From contig NC_058373.1 of NCBI RefSeq assembly GCF_018350175.1, forward strand, positions 106,704,001 through 106,768,000: a stretch of 64,000 nucleotides of DNA, given 5' to 3'. Source of the stretch: Felis catus. Its lineage: Eukaryota. This document shows, piece after piece, positions 1 through 11,611 of this stretch; within the stretch, counting starts at the first letter, position 1, and each line of letters opens with the position of its first letter. The translations under genes were made by a program, and so were the position numbers. Below the pieces are notes generated by a model, which ran no database searches, was not told where the DNA came from, and saw nothing but the letters and a program-made list of their open reading frames with translations.

Positions 1-560
1 CAGGCAAATGCCAGGAAAAGGACATCTAAAAACTTCAGCTTTAGCTTTCGAAATGAGTATTAAGACATACCCTTGATAACGGTGTCAATAGAAGAGGTTA
101 ATTTATGTTCCAATCTTAGTGTAGGACACTGGGAATAAACACTATGAAATCTGCACAGTCAGCTCTTATTTATGTGTACCAAAATATAAAGGGAAATCAT
201 TGTAAGTAATTGAGATCTATGTGTACCTTAATTTGTAGTAAAGAGTCAAATGAATGCGCATATGGATATTTACATAGAGTTTGATCTTTCAGTGATAGCT
301 ATAGTCACAAACTCTTATGAAATTTAACGTAATTAAAAAATGAAACTCTAGCCTTTTAACTATTCCAATTTAGTGATTTTCAGTCTACCAAAAATTCTAC
401 TGTGCTCTTTTCAAACAAATACCTAAAAGAAGTTTCCAGCGGTGACAACTTTCTCAAGTAATATTAATTTAAACACTCCTGAAATTAAAATTTTAATCTG
501 TGAAATTAGTGATATGAAATAATAATGAAATTTAAGAACTATATGAAAAATTAAAAATTC

Positions 561-760
561 TTTTTTTTTTTTTTTTTTTGAGAGAGCAAGAGTGAGCAAG
601 CTAGCAGGGGAGGGGCAAGAGGGGGTGGGGAGAGAATCTTAAGCAGGCTCCATGCTGAGCATGGAGCCCAAAGCAGGGCTTAATCTCAGGACTATGAGAT
701 CATGACCTGAGCCAAAATCAAAAGTCAGACATTTAACCGACTGAACCACCCAGGCCCCCC
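561..760 (-). mobile_element. CanSINE (tRNA-derived SINE)
   Basis: Poly-T plus antisense SINE body; TSD TTAAAAATTCT at 551 and 761. Confidence 0.9.
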
Positions 761-1004
761 TTAAAAATTCTTAAAACCATAATCTGAGAAATTAATATAC
801 ATTTTTCAGAATTATCATTTAGAATATATTGTAATTTCCAACAAAGTTTAAAACCAATTAATGGCAAAGCTATGATTACAGTATACATTATTTATTTTAT
901 GGTCCTAATTACGAATGTTTACCTAGTATGAAATTTTTTTCTATATTAAAGGAAGTTTCAATATTAAACTTTAAAGTTAACAATTAGTCACTCCTTGTCT
1001 TTAA

Positions 1005-1395
1005 TTAATTTTTTTGAAGTATAGTTGATATACAATGTTACATTAGTTTCAGGTGTACAACACAGAGGCTGGACAAGCTCAAAAGTTATACTATGCCAAC
1101 TGCAAGTGCAGCTACCATCTGTCACCATACTACCCTATTACAATACCATTGACTATATTCCCTATGCTGTGCTTTTCATCCCCGCCACTTATTCATTCCA
1201 TAAGTGGAAGCCTGAATCTCTCTCGTTCACCCATTTTATCCATGCCACTATCCCCATCCACTCTGGCAACCATCAATTTGTTCTCTGTATTTATCAGTCT
1301 GTTTCTGCTTTTTGTTTTTTTTTTTTTAGATTTCACATATCAGTGGAAGAATGTGGTATTTTTCTTTCCGACTTATTTCACTTACCATAATACCC
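1005..1395 (-). mobile_element. L1 3' end fragment
   Basis: gtatagttgatatacaatgttacattagtttcaggtgtacaaca... is an antisense carnivore L1 3' UTR. Confidence 0.8.
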
Positions 1396-1669
1396 TACTC
1401 CTTATCTGTAATAGCCTCATAACTCAACGTCACCCAACCCATATACCTGTAAACATACTAAAATCGCTACCCACCACATGCCCATTCACATGGTCTTCAT
1501 ACACATTGAGATGCATATGTTTTGTGACATAAAGAAATTAGATGAAATGAGCCATGTAAGAAATAGATCTCATTTTATAGTCCCTTTTTTTCTCTCCTGA
1601 TGGTTTTTTCCACGGTCAGTAATACCCAAACCTTGGCATTCTCTTTCAAATCTCATGATTCCAAATAAC

Positions 1670-1800
1670 TTTTTTTTTTTTAATATGCTTCACGCCCATT
1701 GCAGAGCTTCACACAGGGCTTAAACTCAGGACCCTGAGATCAAGACCCCAGCTGAGATCAAGAATCAGATGCTCAACCAACTGAGTCACCCATGCACCCC
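1670..1800 (-). mobile_element. Short CanSINE variant
   Basis: Poly-T plus SINE head; TSD CAAATAACTTT on both sides. Confidence 0.8.
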
Positions 1801-4349
1801 TCAAATAACTTTCTTTATGTAGAATACTCCTAAATCTCTATGCCTTGACCTGTTTCCCAAGGTCCAATCCTATATCTGCAACCGGACATATCCCCCAAGT
1901 CCTTAAAACACGTAACGCCTCAAAGTGGATTATCTTTCTTTCACCCTCAAACCTATTCCTCTTATGCTTACTTTAGGGTTCCTCAAACTTTGTGGTCACA
2001 CAGCTTGACGGTTAGGCTCATCTTTTTTCTTTGGTCTCCTTAACTCCCCCAGCCATCCCCACCCTGATCCAACCCTTTACCAAATCTTAGCTGTTCTACT
2101 GCCTTGCCCTGGAAGCTCAACTTTCAAATTCTCTGCAGCCACTTCTCCACTTTAAATCATCTTACCCTGTGTTGCTGCAGCTCTGCATTATTTTCAGAGT
2201 CCTCTGGTCCATGACCTGTGAGCAATGGGGCAGAGTGAGGCTTTTAGGATTTTAGGTTTGTCTGTTTTACTTTATGGCAAGAGGAGTAACTTGAAAATGA
2301 GCATTACCATTACACAAAAACAGGTATGCTGTGATAATGACTGGGTAAACATTTTCTCTGGCTGAAGAAGCAGGTCCAGATTTTTGGTAATGTTTCCTTG
2401 TATATCAATCAGCAGGGTTAACAGAAAAACAAAACAAAACAAAAACACGGATTTTTTGTTTAAACAAAACAAAACAAAAAAACGGATCTTGAAGACATAC
2501 AGATAAACGCTCAATTCTAAGTCTCATTTATTTTACTTTTCTGCAGCTCAGATTCCTTATATTTGAAATGAGAATAATAAGCTATCTCATACGGTTAAGA
2601 TTAAATAGGGTCCATAGGTACCTGACTTATGTTCTAAATATTTGTTAATTGAATGAATGGTGCTCTCCTGCCTGAAATACCTCCTTTCCCAGATCTTTAT
2701 CCAGCTAACTTGTACTTATTTTATGGCCCCAGTGCCTATTTGTTTATCACACACTCAGTATTACTGATGTCCTTGTTAGTCTCTCATTATATTTTAGTAA
2801 ATTCCTTGAGGATAGAATCCATGTGTTATTTGACTTTGAATGTGCAGCAATAGGTGTGATTCCTGGCAAACAACATCCACTACTTCAGTAAATGTTGAAC
2901 GACTACTTTTTATACACTAGTAACCAAAGGCCTTGAACCATAAGCTTTACCAATTTTATTCTAAGGGCAAAGTAACAAACACATTGGAAAAAAGAAAAAA
3001 TTAACAACCAAATATCTACAGCAGGTATCACAACAACAAAAATATTCTGATCGAATTCTATGTAATTGAAGGTGGCAAAAATACAGCCTCTCCACATAAA
3101 GACAACAACTCGTTCTCACTAAGCACTTAAACTGTGCCTAACTGAGCGATTTGGTTATTTAATCCAAAATACGCAACTCCCTGTGCGATAAATTTTCTCT
3201 CTCTTATTTTACACGATTTGAAAACTGAGCACCAGGAAGATGAGGTAACCCCTAGATCACGCAAGTAGGGAGCTGCGATGTCAAGATTCCAACAATTTGG
3301 GACTTCCTAATTCCAGAGCCTGTACCGCTAATCACACTACGCTGACTTCTAGCAACTAGATGTCAGGTGGTATCCTGACCCATGATGACTAAGGCTAGTA
3401 TGTCTTCCCTGAAAGTGAGGGAAACATTAGGGATGGACCAAGAGTACCTCTCCCCCTCACACTGAACTATGAAAGGTTCTACCTGCTAACTGTGTCAAGT
3501 ATATGTACGTTATTGAAACTGCACAGGGTTTTCTTCCCACAATAAACTACAATAAACTACACTTTCCCTCTGAACAGAGTAATCCTTGGTTTTCTTTTCA
3601 TATTAACACACACAAAAATTTCCTTACAGCTTGAAAACCTAGATGCTTGAGAACTAAGCCACCATTTCCAGTGAAACCAGAAAACAAACCAAAAAAGGGC
3701 CGCATTTATAGTTTCGAGGTAAAGAGATCCAAACAAGACAGTCCTTGAGCACTTAGAAGTCCCGAGTATGCAGAATTGCTAGTGTCAATCACACAGGAAA
3801 CAGAAGTACCTTAATACTGACAAATCGGCTTCGGAGTTCCCTTAAAGAGCCTCTAAATCATTTGAGACCAATTTCCAATGTAATGCTCTAAGGGGCCACC
3901 TTGTAGACTTCCAACAAGCAATCTAGAAGGTGTCCAGAAGATGAATAAGAAATCAAACTTGGAAAATGGAGGCGGTGGGCGCGGGGCATGTAACTTTAAA
4001 CCGGCAAAACTAGGAGTTTGTGGCTACCTTCCAAAGATTCCCGTATCTTACTTACATTGCCACTAAGTAGTAACAGTGGGCCAGGGCTTTCCACACCCCC
4101 GCACCTCCCCCCCCCCCCCCCGCAATTAGGATAGGGGACTTTGCCTCATTTTATTAACAGATACCTTCCTCGTAGCATGATTCAATGATGGGCATTTTGG
4201 TTCCTCGCATTTAAAAATGCAGCCACAAATCCACTCGGGGAGAAAAAGTATGCAATAAAAGGGCAATAGCTAGGACATATAGCCAGTTCCAAATCTTCCA
4301 AGCTGAAGAGGGCGTATGAAGTATCACTAAAAACATTTATTACCGTCCG

Positions 4350-5100
4350 TGTGCCAAGTGGCGATGGCCAAAGTGCGGATGTGGTTAATACAAGTGCAAA
4401 ACACCGAGCGGCGGAGTCACCCTACACTCCAGAATCGGCGGTAAGACCACCGGTAAACCAACGCTCGCGAAATGGCTGCCGCACGTCAATCGGCCAGAAA
4501 GCATTACTCCCTCCCTCGGGCACGTCACGTCACCAGGGAAACGGCGCTTTTGCGTAGGGGCGCGGCCCGGGTGAAAGTTCAGGACTGGACCGGAGACCCC
4601 CGCCCCTGTGCCTTTGTGGATGCTTGTGGGCGCAAGGCGAGGCCAGAGTCCCGGAGTCTCCCACGGCCGCGGGTGAGGGGAGCGTGGGCCCAGGCCTGGA
4701 GTGAACAAAGCGCCCCTCTTCCCCAGCTCCGCCTCGCTCGGCCGGCGGTGGGGTAAGCGCCCCGAAGCGAGCACGAGCCGGGGGCGGGGCGAGCTGGGGG
4801 CCCGAACCGCCCCCAAGCGCGATCTCGGTTCCGCGGCGGTGGCGGTGGCACCCGCTGGAGTTGACGTTAGCCATGGAAACGCGGAGCTGGCTCAGGCGTG
4901 ACCTCGGGGAGCTGGTTGCCTGGCCGCTACAGCTTCTATGCCTTCGCGTTCGGGTCGCCGGCAGCCTCTGGGCAGGATCGCCCAACCCGGGTTTACCTGC
5001 AAAAATGCAGTCCCCGGGATGCCTTCGCACCGCCTCTGCCCTCGGGTGACTCGAGGTACGTTCGAACCCCGACATCCACCTGGGGATTTCTTGGTCACCT
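4350..5100 (+). promoter_or_regulatory. PCNX4: CpG-island promoter and non-coding first-exon region of PCNX4
   Basis: Only GC/CpG-rich island in an otherwise AT-rich window. It has GC boxes (ggggcggggc ~4781-4790), CRE-like CACGTCA at 4482, 4521 and 4526, a YY1-like AAATGGCTGCC at 4470-4480, and candidate donors at 4673, 4753 and 5056. It lies 13 kb upstream of the first coding exon. Exact exon 1 limits cannot be fixed from sequence. Confidence 0.85.
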
Positions 5101-5664
5101 TAATTTCCAGGACTATGCAGAGTCACGTTATTGCAGTTTCAGTTGCCGCACATTTCTTGTTCTTCGCTATAAAACCTTCAAATGTTATTATTGCACTTTT
5201 TAGACGGAAGATGAACTCCGTGCCTAGAGGAATCAATCCAATGTGACTTTAAGGTTTTTCAGAAAACTGCTTTAGCCTGTTGAGTTACAGCGTTTTGTCT
5301 CTAAGAGACACTGGTCAGATGGAAAACGGTCCTTTGGGCTTTGATTGAGTGATGTCCTTGTTTCACCAATACAGTTTACAAACTGCATCCCTTAGATAGT
5401 CCTGTACTCTTTCCTTATGTCCAGCTAGACCACTTTTGCCCCGGCCTGGTCAACTTACGTCCCCCTGAACATGAATAACTCTTTCACCCCTAATCTGCCT
5501 TTTTTCAAAACTCTGTCAAGGACCAGTGTTTACTTCAACGAAATCTACAACAGAGGTTATCTATCAGACCTGTGAATTGATTATTTGCTCTTTACTAATC
5601 ATTTCTCTTGTATTCAGCTATCTGACATTAGGTACGTTCTTTTTGTTTGTTCGTTTTGTTAAAC

Positions 5665-5857
5665 CATTTTTTAAAGTTTGTTTATTTTGAGAGCAAGAGA
5701 GAGAGAGAGTGCGGGTGGGGGAGGAGCAGAGAGAGAATCCCACGCAGGCTCTTGGCTGCCAGTGTATGCTGGGTTCCAACTCATAAAACCTTGAGATCAT
5801 AACCTGAGCTGAAACCAAGAATCAGAGGCTTAATTGACTGAGCCACCCTGGTGTCCC
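5665..5857 (-). mobile_element. CanSINE
   Basis: tttattttgagag...gagatcataacctgagctgaaaccaagaatcagaggcttaattgactgagccacc. Confidence 0.85.
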
Positions 5858-6149
5858 AAATCATTCATATAATTAGGGCACAGACCATCCTTTGTGTCAT
5901 TTGGTGTCCACTGCCACCCATGCCAAATCTCCAGACTTTTATCATAGCATACAGAGCCTGACTCTATGACCAGACAATGCCATTTTAGTAATTTAACCGG
6001 GGCACCTGTCAGCTACTCCTAAATTTCCTACTAGTTATTAATGGACAATACCTGGTCGGGGAACTTTTTCTTTTGTAAAAACTAATACTACACTGTATGT
6101 ATGTTCACTAACTGGAATTTAAATTTTTAAAAAGGTTTAAAAATATTAA

Positions 6150-6412
6150 AGATTTTTAAAGAGTGTACAATTCAGTGGTTTTTAGTATAGTCATTGAATT
6201 ATGCAAGTATTACTGCGGTCAATTTTAGAACATTTTCATCACCGCTAAAGAAGGCCCTTAAAAAGTAAAAACAAATGAAAAATTAAAGCAAAGGGGGACA
6301 CCTGGATGGCTCAGTCAGTTGAGCATCTGACGCTTGATTCTGAGCTCAGGTGTTGATCTTAGGGTCCTGGGTTCAAGCCTCACGTTGGGCTCCCTGCTGG
6401 GCATGGAACCTG

Positions 6413-6449
<37 letters not shown>

Positions 6450-7300
6450 CCCTGTACTCTTCAGGAATTATTCCCTTATTCCCTACCCCACTTGTCACTA
6501 TCCCCACCAGCCCTAGGCAAACATTAACCTATTTTCTGTCTTTATAGATTTGCATGTTCTGGACATTTCATATAAGTGGAAGCATGCAATATGTGGCCTT
6601 TTGTGATTGTCTTCTTACATTTAGCATTATGTTTTCAAGGTTCATCCATGTTGTAGCCTGTATCAGTACTTCATTCTTGTTTATAGCCTAAAAATATTCC
6701 ATTGTATGGATGTGCCACATTTTATTTAATCTGCTAATGGACATTAAGGTTGTTTCTACTTTTTGGAAAATTCATATTTCTGCTATGAATGTTCATGTAC
6801 AAATTTTTGTGTACACTTATGCTCTCATTTCTTTTAGGTAAATACCTAGGAATGGAATTGCTAGGTCATATGGTAACTCTCTGTTTAGCCTTTTTAGGAA
6901 CTGCCAGACTGTTTTTCAAAGCCGCTGCTCCCTTTTACAAAACTACTTGCAGATTCCGTTTCCCCCCCCACCTCACCAATACTTGTTTTCTGTCTTTTTG
7001 GTAACCAGTCAAGTGGATTTGAAGTGATACCTCGTTGTGGTTTTGCTTTGCATTTCTCTAATGAATGAGTAGTGATGTGGAAACTTGTGTACTTGTTGGC
7101 TATTAGTATATATTAGTATATATATTAGTATATATATGTCTATTGAAATTCCTTAAATTGATTTCTTTGTTTTTGTCACCATTGAGTTGTAAGGGTTCTT
7201 TATGTATTCTAGGTGTAAGTCCCTTATCATATATATGATTTGCAAAAATTTTTTCCCATTCTGGGGGTTGTTCATTTTCTTGATGGTGAGAATCTTTTCT
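6150..7300 (-). mobile_element. Old L1 3' fragment interrupted by a + strand SINE (6293-6448, long A tail)
   Basis: gtgtacaattcagtggtttttagtata...; the reverse complement encodes L1 ORF2-like EWEKIFANHIYDKGL. Confidence 0.85.
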
Positions 7301-8048
7301 TCTAGACACTTTCCCACTTGTGTTTATCTCTTATCAAGGAGTCCTACATGCCAGTATTCTCAGGCTGGCTTGGCTAACAGAAGTTTCCTATGTTGACATT
7401 TTGGAGATTCCTGTCAGGTCCACTTTTCCCTGAAAACTCTTTCTCCCAAATTATCCTTCTATTTCTCTAACCTCTAAAATTGCCTTTCATTTGACAATGG
7501 TTTGGTATGATCGAAAAACTCGGTCAGCCACCAACTGACATTATGTGTGGATTAAGTCACTCCGTATCACTGGTTCTCAGTTTTCGTTTCTGTGAAATAA
7601 GTTGATTTATTTCTGGTAATCCCTGTGAATGGTAGACTTCATTCACCTGATACTTGATTTTGAAAGAAAAACTTGTTAATCACTTTGCATTTGTGATTGG
7701 TAAGATGTGTGCAGTATGGGAGAGGTGGATTGGGATAGAAGCAGAAGTGTCAGCTGGCCTGGCACATTTGTGATGCACTGATGTGACCTTGGCTATTCTC
7801 TACCATTTTAGTTTTCCAAGAGTATGGAATGCTAACCATTCATATTCTAGTGTTATACATTTGGGAAGGGTGATCCTTTGATCTATCTAGTTACCCTTTC
7901 CATCCATTGTTTTCTTTACAGACCAATTCCTATGAATTTACAGAAAACTCTTAGATTCAAAAATCCTCCCCAAACCTTGAATTTGAATAAATACCATTTT
8001 GTTGATCAGAGAGATGTGTTTGTGCTTGTTCTTTCATTTTAAGACTCG

Positions 8049-8267
8049 TTTTTTTTTTTTTTTAATGTTTATTTATTTTTGAGAGGGAGAGAGAGTGTGC
8101 ATGAGCTGGGGAAGGGCAGAGAGAGACGGAGAGACAGAATCCTAAGCAGGCTCCATGCTGTCAGCGCAAAGCCTGATGCAGGGCTCAAACCCAGAAACCT
8201 TGAGATCATGACCTGAGCTGAAATCAAAAGTCATGAGGCTTAACTGACTGAGTCACCCGGGCGCCCC
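8049..8267 (-). mobile_element. CanSINE
   Basis: Poly-T, GA-rich tract and SINE head; TSD AAGACTC. Confidence 0.9.
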
Positions 8268-8699
8268 AAGACTCTTTTTAGGTGCTTGAGTAGATTTTCC
8301 TTTTATTGATGGTGAGAAGAAACTACTTACTATAGTAAGTGATAAACTATAACATGAAATGTGTTTTTCATGTTTTAGCACCAAATGCCTTTCAAAAGGC
8401 TCTTCAGGAATTTAGCTGTTTGTCCATGGTATGCATTTAGTTAACATTCGTAATGTATTTTCAGAATTACAAATAAAAAATAAATAAATAAAACTTTCAA
8501 AAAAAAAAAAAAACTGCTCTGATAGTAACAGGTCATTTGATCCAGAGCAAATGAGAATTACTTAATCATAGCATGCCTTTTGAGTACTCAAGATGTAGGC
8601 CATGTTGTTTCTTTTCTAGACATGCATGAAGTTTTTTATTTCCCATATTAATAAAGGTGGTGATGCTTAGAAAAGTAGAACTTCAGTATATTTCCTTTC

Positions 8700-8925
8700 A
8701 TTTTGTTTTTTAGGTCTCTTTGAGAGAGAGAGAGTGAGTGTGTGTGTGAGAGTGAGAGTGTGTGAGCAGTGTAGGGGCAGAGAGAAAAGGAGAGAATCCC
8801 AAACAGGCTCCATGCTGTCAGCACGGAGGCTGATGCAGGGCTCGATCCCATGAACTGTGAGATTACAACCCCAGCTGAAATCAAGAGTTGGACATTCAAC
8901 AGACTGCTCTACCTAGACACCCCTT
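8700..8925 (-). mobile_element. CanSINE
   Basis: Antisense SINE body with (GA/GT)n tract. Confidence 0.85.
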
Positions 8926-9092
8926 CTTTCAAATTTTTTCATCAAGGTGCCCCTCCTTTCAAATTTTTTAAAGTACTTTTGAGGAACATGGATGAGGCAT
9001 TCTATTTATTACTGACAAAGTTTGTGTAGGCATTTTTTAAACAAGCAGCAATTACTTTTTCTTGAAAAGTTTATTTTTAATAATTCTATGTT

Positions 9093-9329
9093 GGGGCGCC
9101 TGGGTGGCGCAGTCGGCTAAGCGTCCGACTTCAGCCAGGTCACGATCTCGCGGTCCGTGGGTTTGAGCCCCGCGTCGGGCTCTGGGCTGATGGCTCAGAG
9201 CCTGGAGCTTGTTTCCGATTCTGTGTCTCCCTCTCTCTCTGCCCCTCCCCCGTTCATGCTCTGTCTCTCTCTGTCCCAAAAATAAATAAACGTTGAAAAA
9301 AAAAATTTAAAAGTTTAAAAAAATAATAA
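9093..9329 (+). mobile_element. Young felid CanSINE
   Basis: ggggcgcctgggtggcgcagtcgg...; CpGs intact; perfect 15-bp TSD TAATAATTCTATGTT at 9078 and 9330. Confidence 0.95.
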
Positions 9330-9761
9330 TAATAATTCTATGTTATTTGTAAACTAACTTTGTTTATTGCTTATTCTCTTCATAATGAAAGTTAAAATAA
9401 TTCCAGAGTTACTTTTACCAGTAACAATTATTTGACAGGCAAATGATCTCTACCCTACTGGATTATAATCTTCTTTGGATCAGACAGTAGCCTTATTACC
9501 ATTACCTAGTACATTGTAGGTATTCAGAAGTTTAAATGTATCAAAATACTAAATTTCATTTAACTATTTCTCTATAAAAGGAAGGATAACATATTTGTTT
9601 ATATTAACAGCTATCAAAATGAATTCTTTAATCCTCACCAGCATCTTCTGACAGTGCTTCAAGTACAAGTTAACATAGGGAGAGAAAAAAGATTATAATG
9701 TATGTCAGAGCTAATATCCTTCATATATAAAAAGTTCTTTGAAATTAATGAGAAGTGAACA

Positions 9762-9958
9762 CTTTTTTTTTTTAACATTCATTTTTAAAAGAGACAGAGC
9801 CTGAGTGGGGGAGGGGGAGAGAGAGAGGGAGACGCGGAATCTGAAATAGGCTCCGTGCCTGCACACACAGCCTGATGTGGGGCTCAAACTCACAAACTAT
9901 AAGAACGTGACCTGAGCCAAAGTCGAATGCTTAACTGACTGAGCCACCCAGATGCCCC
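9762..9958 (-). mobile_element. CanSINE
   Basis: TSD AGAAGTGAACACTT at 9751 and 9960. Confidence 0.9.
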
Positions 9959-10254
9959 AAGAAGTGAACACTTAAAAAGAGGCAATTTACAAAGGAATTA
10001 GATGATGTTTATCTACATGTACACACATATGTATAGTGAATATTCCCAGAAAGATAGACCATATTAATGAAATAATAAGATTCTATAAAAAGGAACATCC
10101 AGGCATTAAAGATGTACTCTTAGAAATTAAACATATGAGAGCAAAGATTTAATAAAATTTGACAAATATACTAGGAGATAGTAAGTTTCCTGAAAGTATA
10201 ACAAAAATATAGTTGACACACAGGGCAGACATGCTCAATATATGTGTGTGGATT

Positions 10255-10975
10255 CAGTGTCACCTCATACCTGTTAGGATGGCTATTATAAAATAAAACG
10301 AAAGAAAAACTACAAGCGTTGGCAAGGATGTGGAAAAATCGGAACCCTTGTACACTGTTGGTAGGATGCAAAATGGTGCATCTGCTATGGAGAACAATGT
10401 GGAGGATCCTCAAAAAATTAAAAATAGAACTGCCATATGATCCAGCAATCCCACTTATGGGTATATATCTGAACACACTGGAATCAGAATCTCAAAGAGA
10501 TATTTGCCCTCCCATGTCCATTGTAACATTGTTTACCATAGCCAAAAAAACAGAAGCAACCCATTGTCCATCAACAGATGAATGGATAAAATGTGGTATA
10601 TACACACAATGGGATATTATTTAGCCCTAAAAAGGGAAGGAAATCCTGCCACATGTGATCACATGGATAAGCCTTGAAGATATTATGGTAAGTGAAATAA
10701 GCTAGTCAGAGAAGGACAAATACTGCATGATTCTACTTAAATGAGGTATCTGTAATTGTCAGACTCCTAGAAACAGTAGAATGAAGGTTGCCAGGGACTT
10801 GGGGGAGGAAGAAACAGGAGGAAGACTTGCTATATAAAGATTTAGTTGTGTGAGATGAGTAAGTTTTAGAGATCTTCTGTACAACATTGTATTGCTACTT
10901 AACAATACTGTATTATACACTTAAAAATTTGTCAAGAGGGTAGATCTCATGGTAAGTGTTCTTACCATAAAAAAA
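10255..10975 (+). mobile_element. 5'-truncated L1 (ORF2 C-terminus plus 3' UTR)
   Basis: WRILKKLKIELPYDPAIPLMGIY resembles L1 ORF2; ends with an L1M-type 3' UTR. Confidence 0.88.
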
Positions 10976-11611
10976 TCTGAATCCAATAGAACAGAAAAAA
11001 AAGTGTGGATTCAATGAATGAAATTAACCAATCAATAAAAATAATGGTAGATTAAAAACAAGTAGCCTTTACTAAACAAAAATTGGACAATTGACTAAGA
11101 AAACTTTAAATTTATTGTAATCCCCTGCAAACTGCCACTTTTTGTTTATTATTATTATTTTATTATTTTCTTTAAGGGATTTTTTTCAGGTTGGTATCTT
11201 GCCTGATTCCTGCATTAAAGTTGAAAAATAAGAATTCCCTCCTAGTACATTGCCAGATTGATCTGTTTCTCACCCTTCTAGATAATGGTCAAATTCCAAA
11301 TAAAGCAGCGTTTCTATGGCTATTTTGTTGGCCCACTTTCAGAGTAGCATATGAAAACAGCATATGGCCAAAATCAATGTTGTGATGCCATCTTTATCCC
11401 TTAATCTTTATTTTCACAGCATTTTTCCTCCTAAGCCTTGAGCCATTTTTCATTTTAACATGTTGGAGGCTGCAGCCATACAAATGCATCAGTCTGTTTA
11501 GAAATTGTCTCTGAGAATGTATGCCAAATTCCCATTCAGGAAGTAAGTTTTAATTAGTCTGAATTTATTTTCCATTTTAGTAATCCAGATTAGAATTTAG
11601 AAGATCTCTCT

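Noticed and set aside
1025..1532. 121-aa and 159-aa ORFs near the window start
   Set aside because: They lie largely over an antisense L1 3' UTR, start at non-ATG codons and have no exon structure I could support.
3536..3568. AATAAACTAC x2 followed by actttccc, resembling the ACTACAnnTCCC (ZNF143/THAP11) motif
   Set aside because: Spacing is off by one and the site lies ~800 bp outside the CpG island; more likely a small slippage duplication.
4351..5246. Many overlapping ORFs (up to 181 aa) on both strands
   Set aside because: Expected from stop-codon scarcity in a CpG island; R/P/G/A-rich with no recognisable domain.
9093..9175. tRNA-like A/B boxes
   Set aside because: These are the Pol III promoter heads of tRNA-derived SINEs, not tRNA genes.
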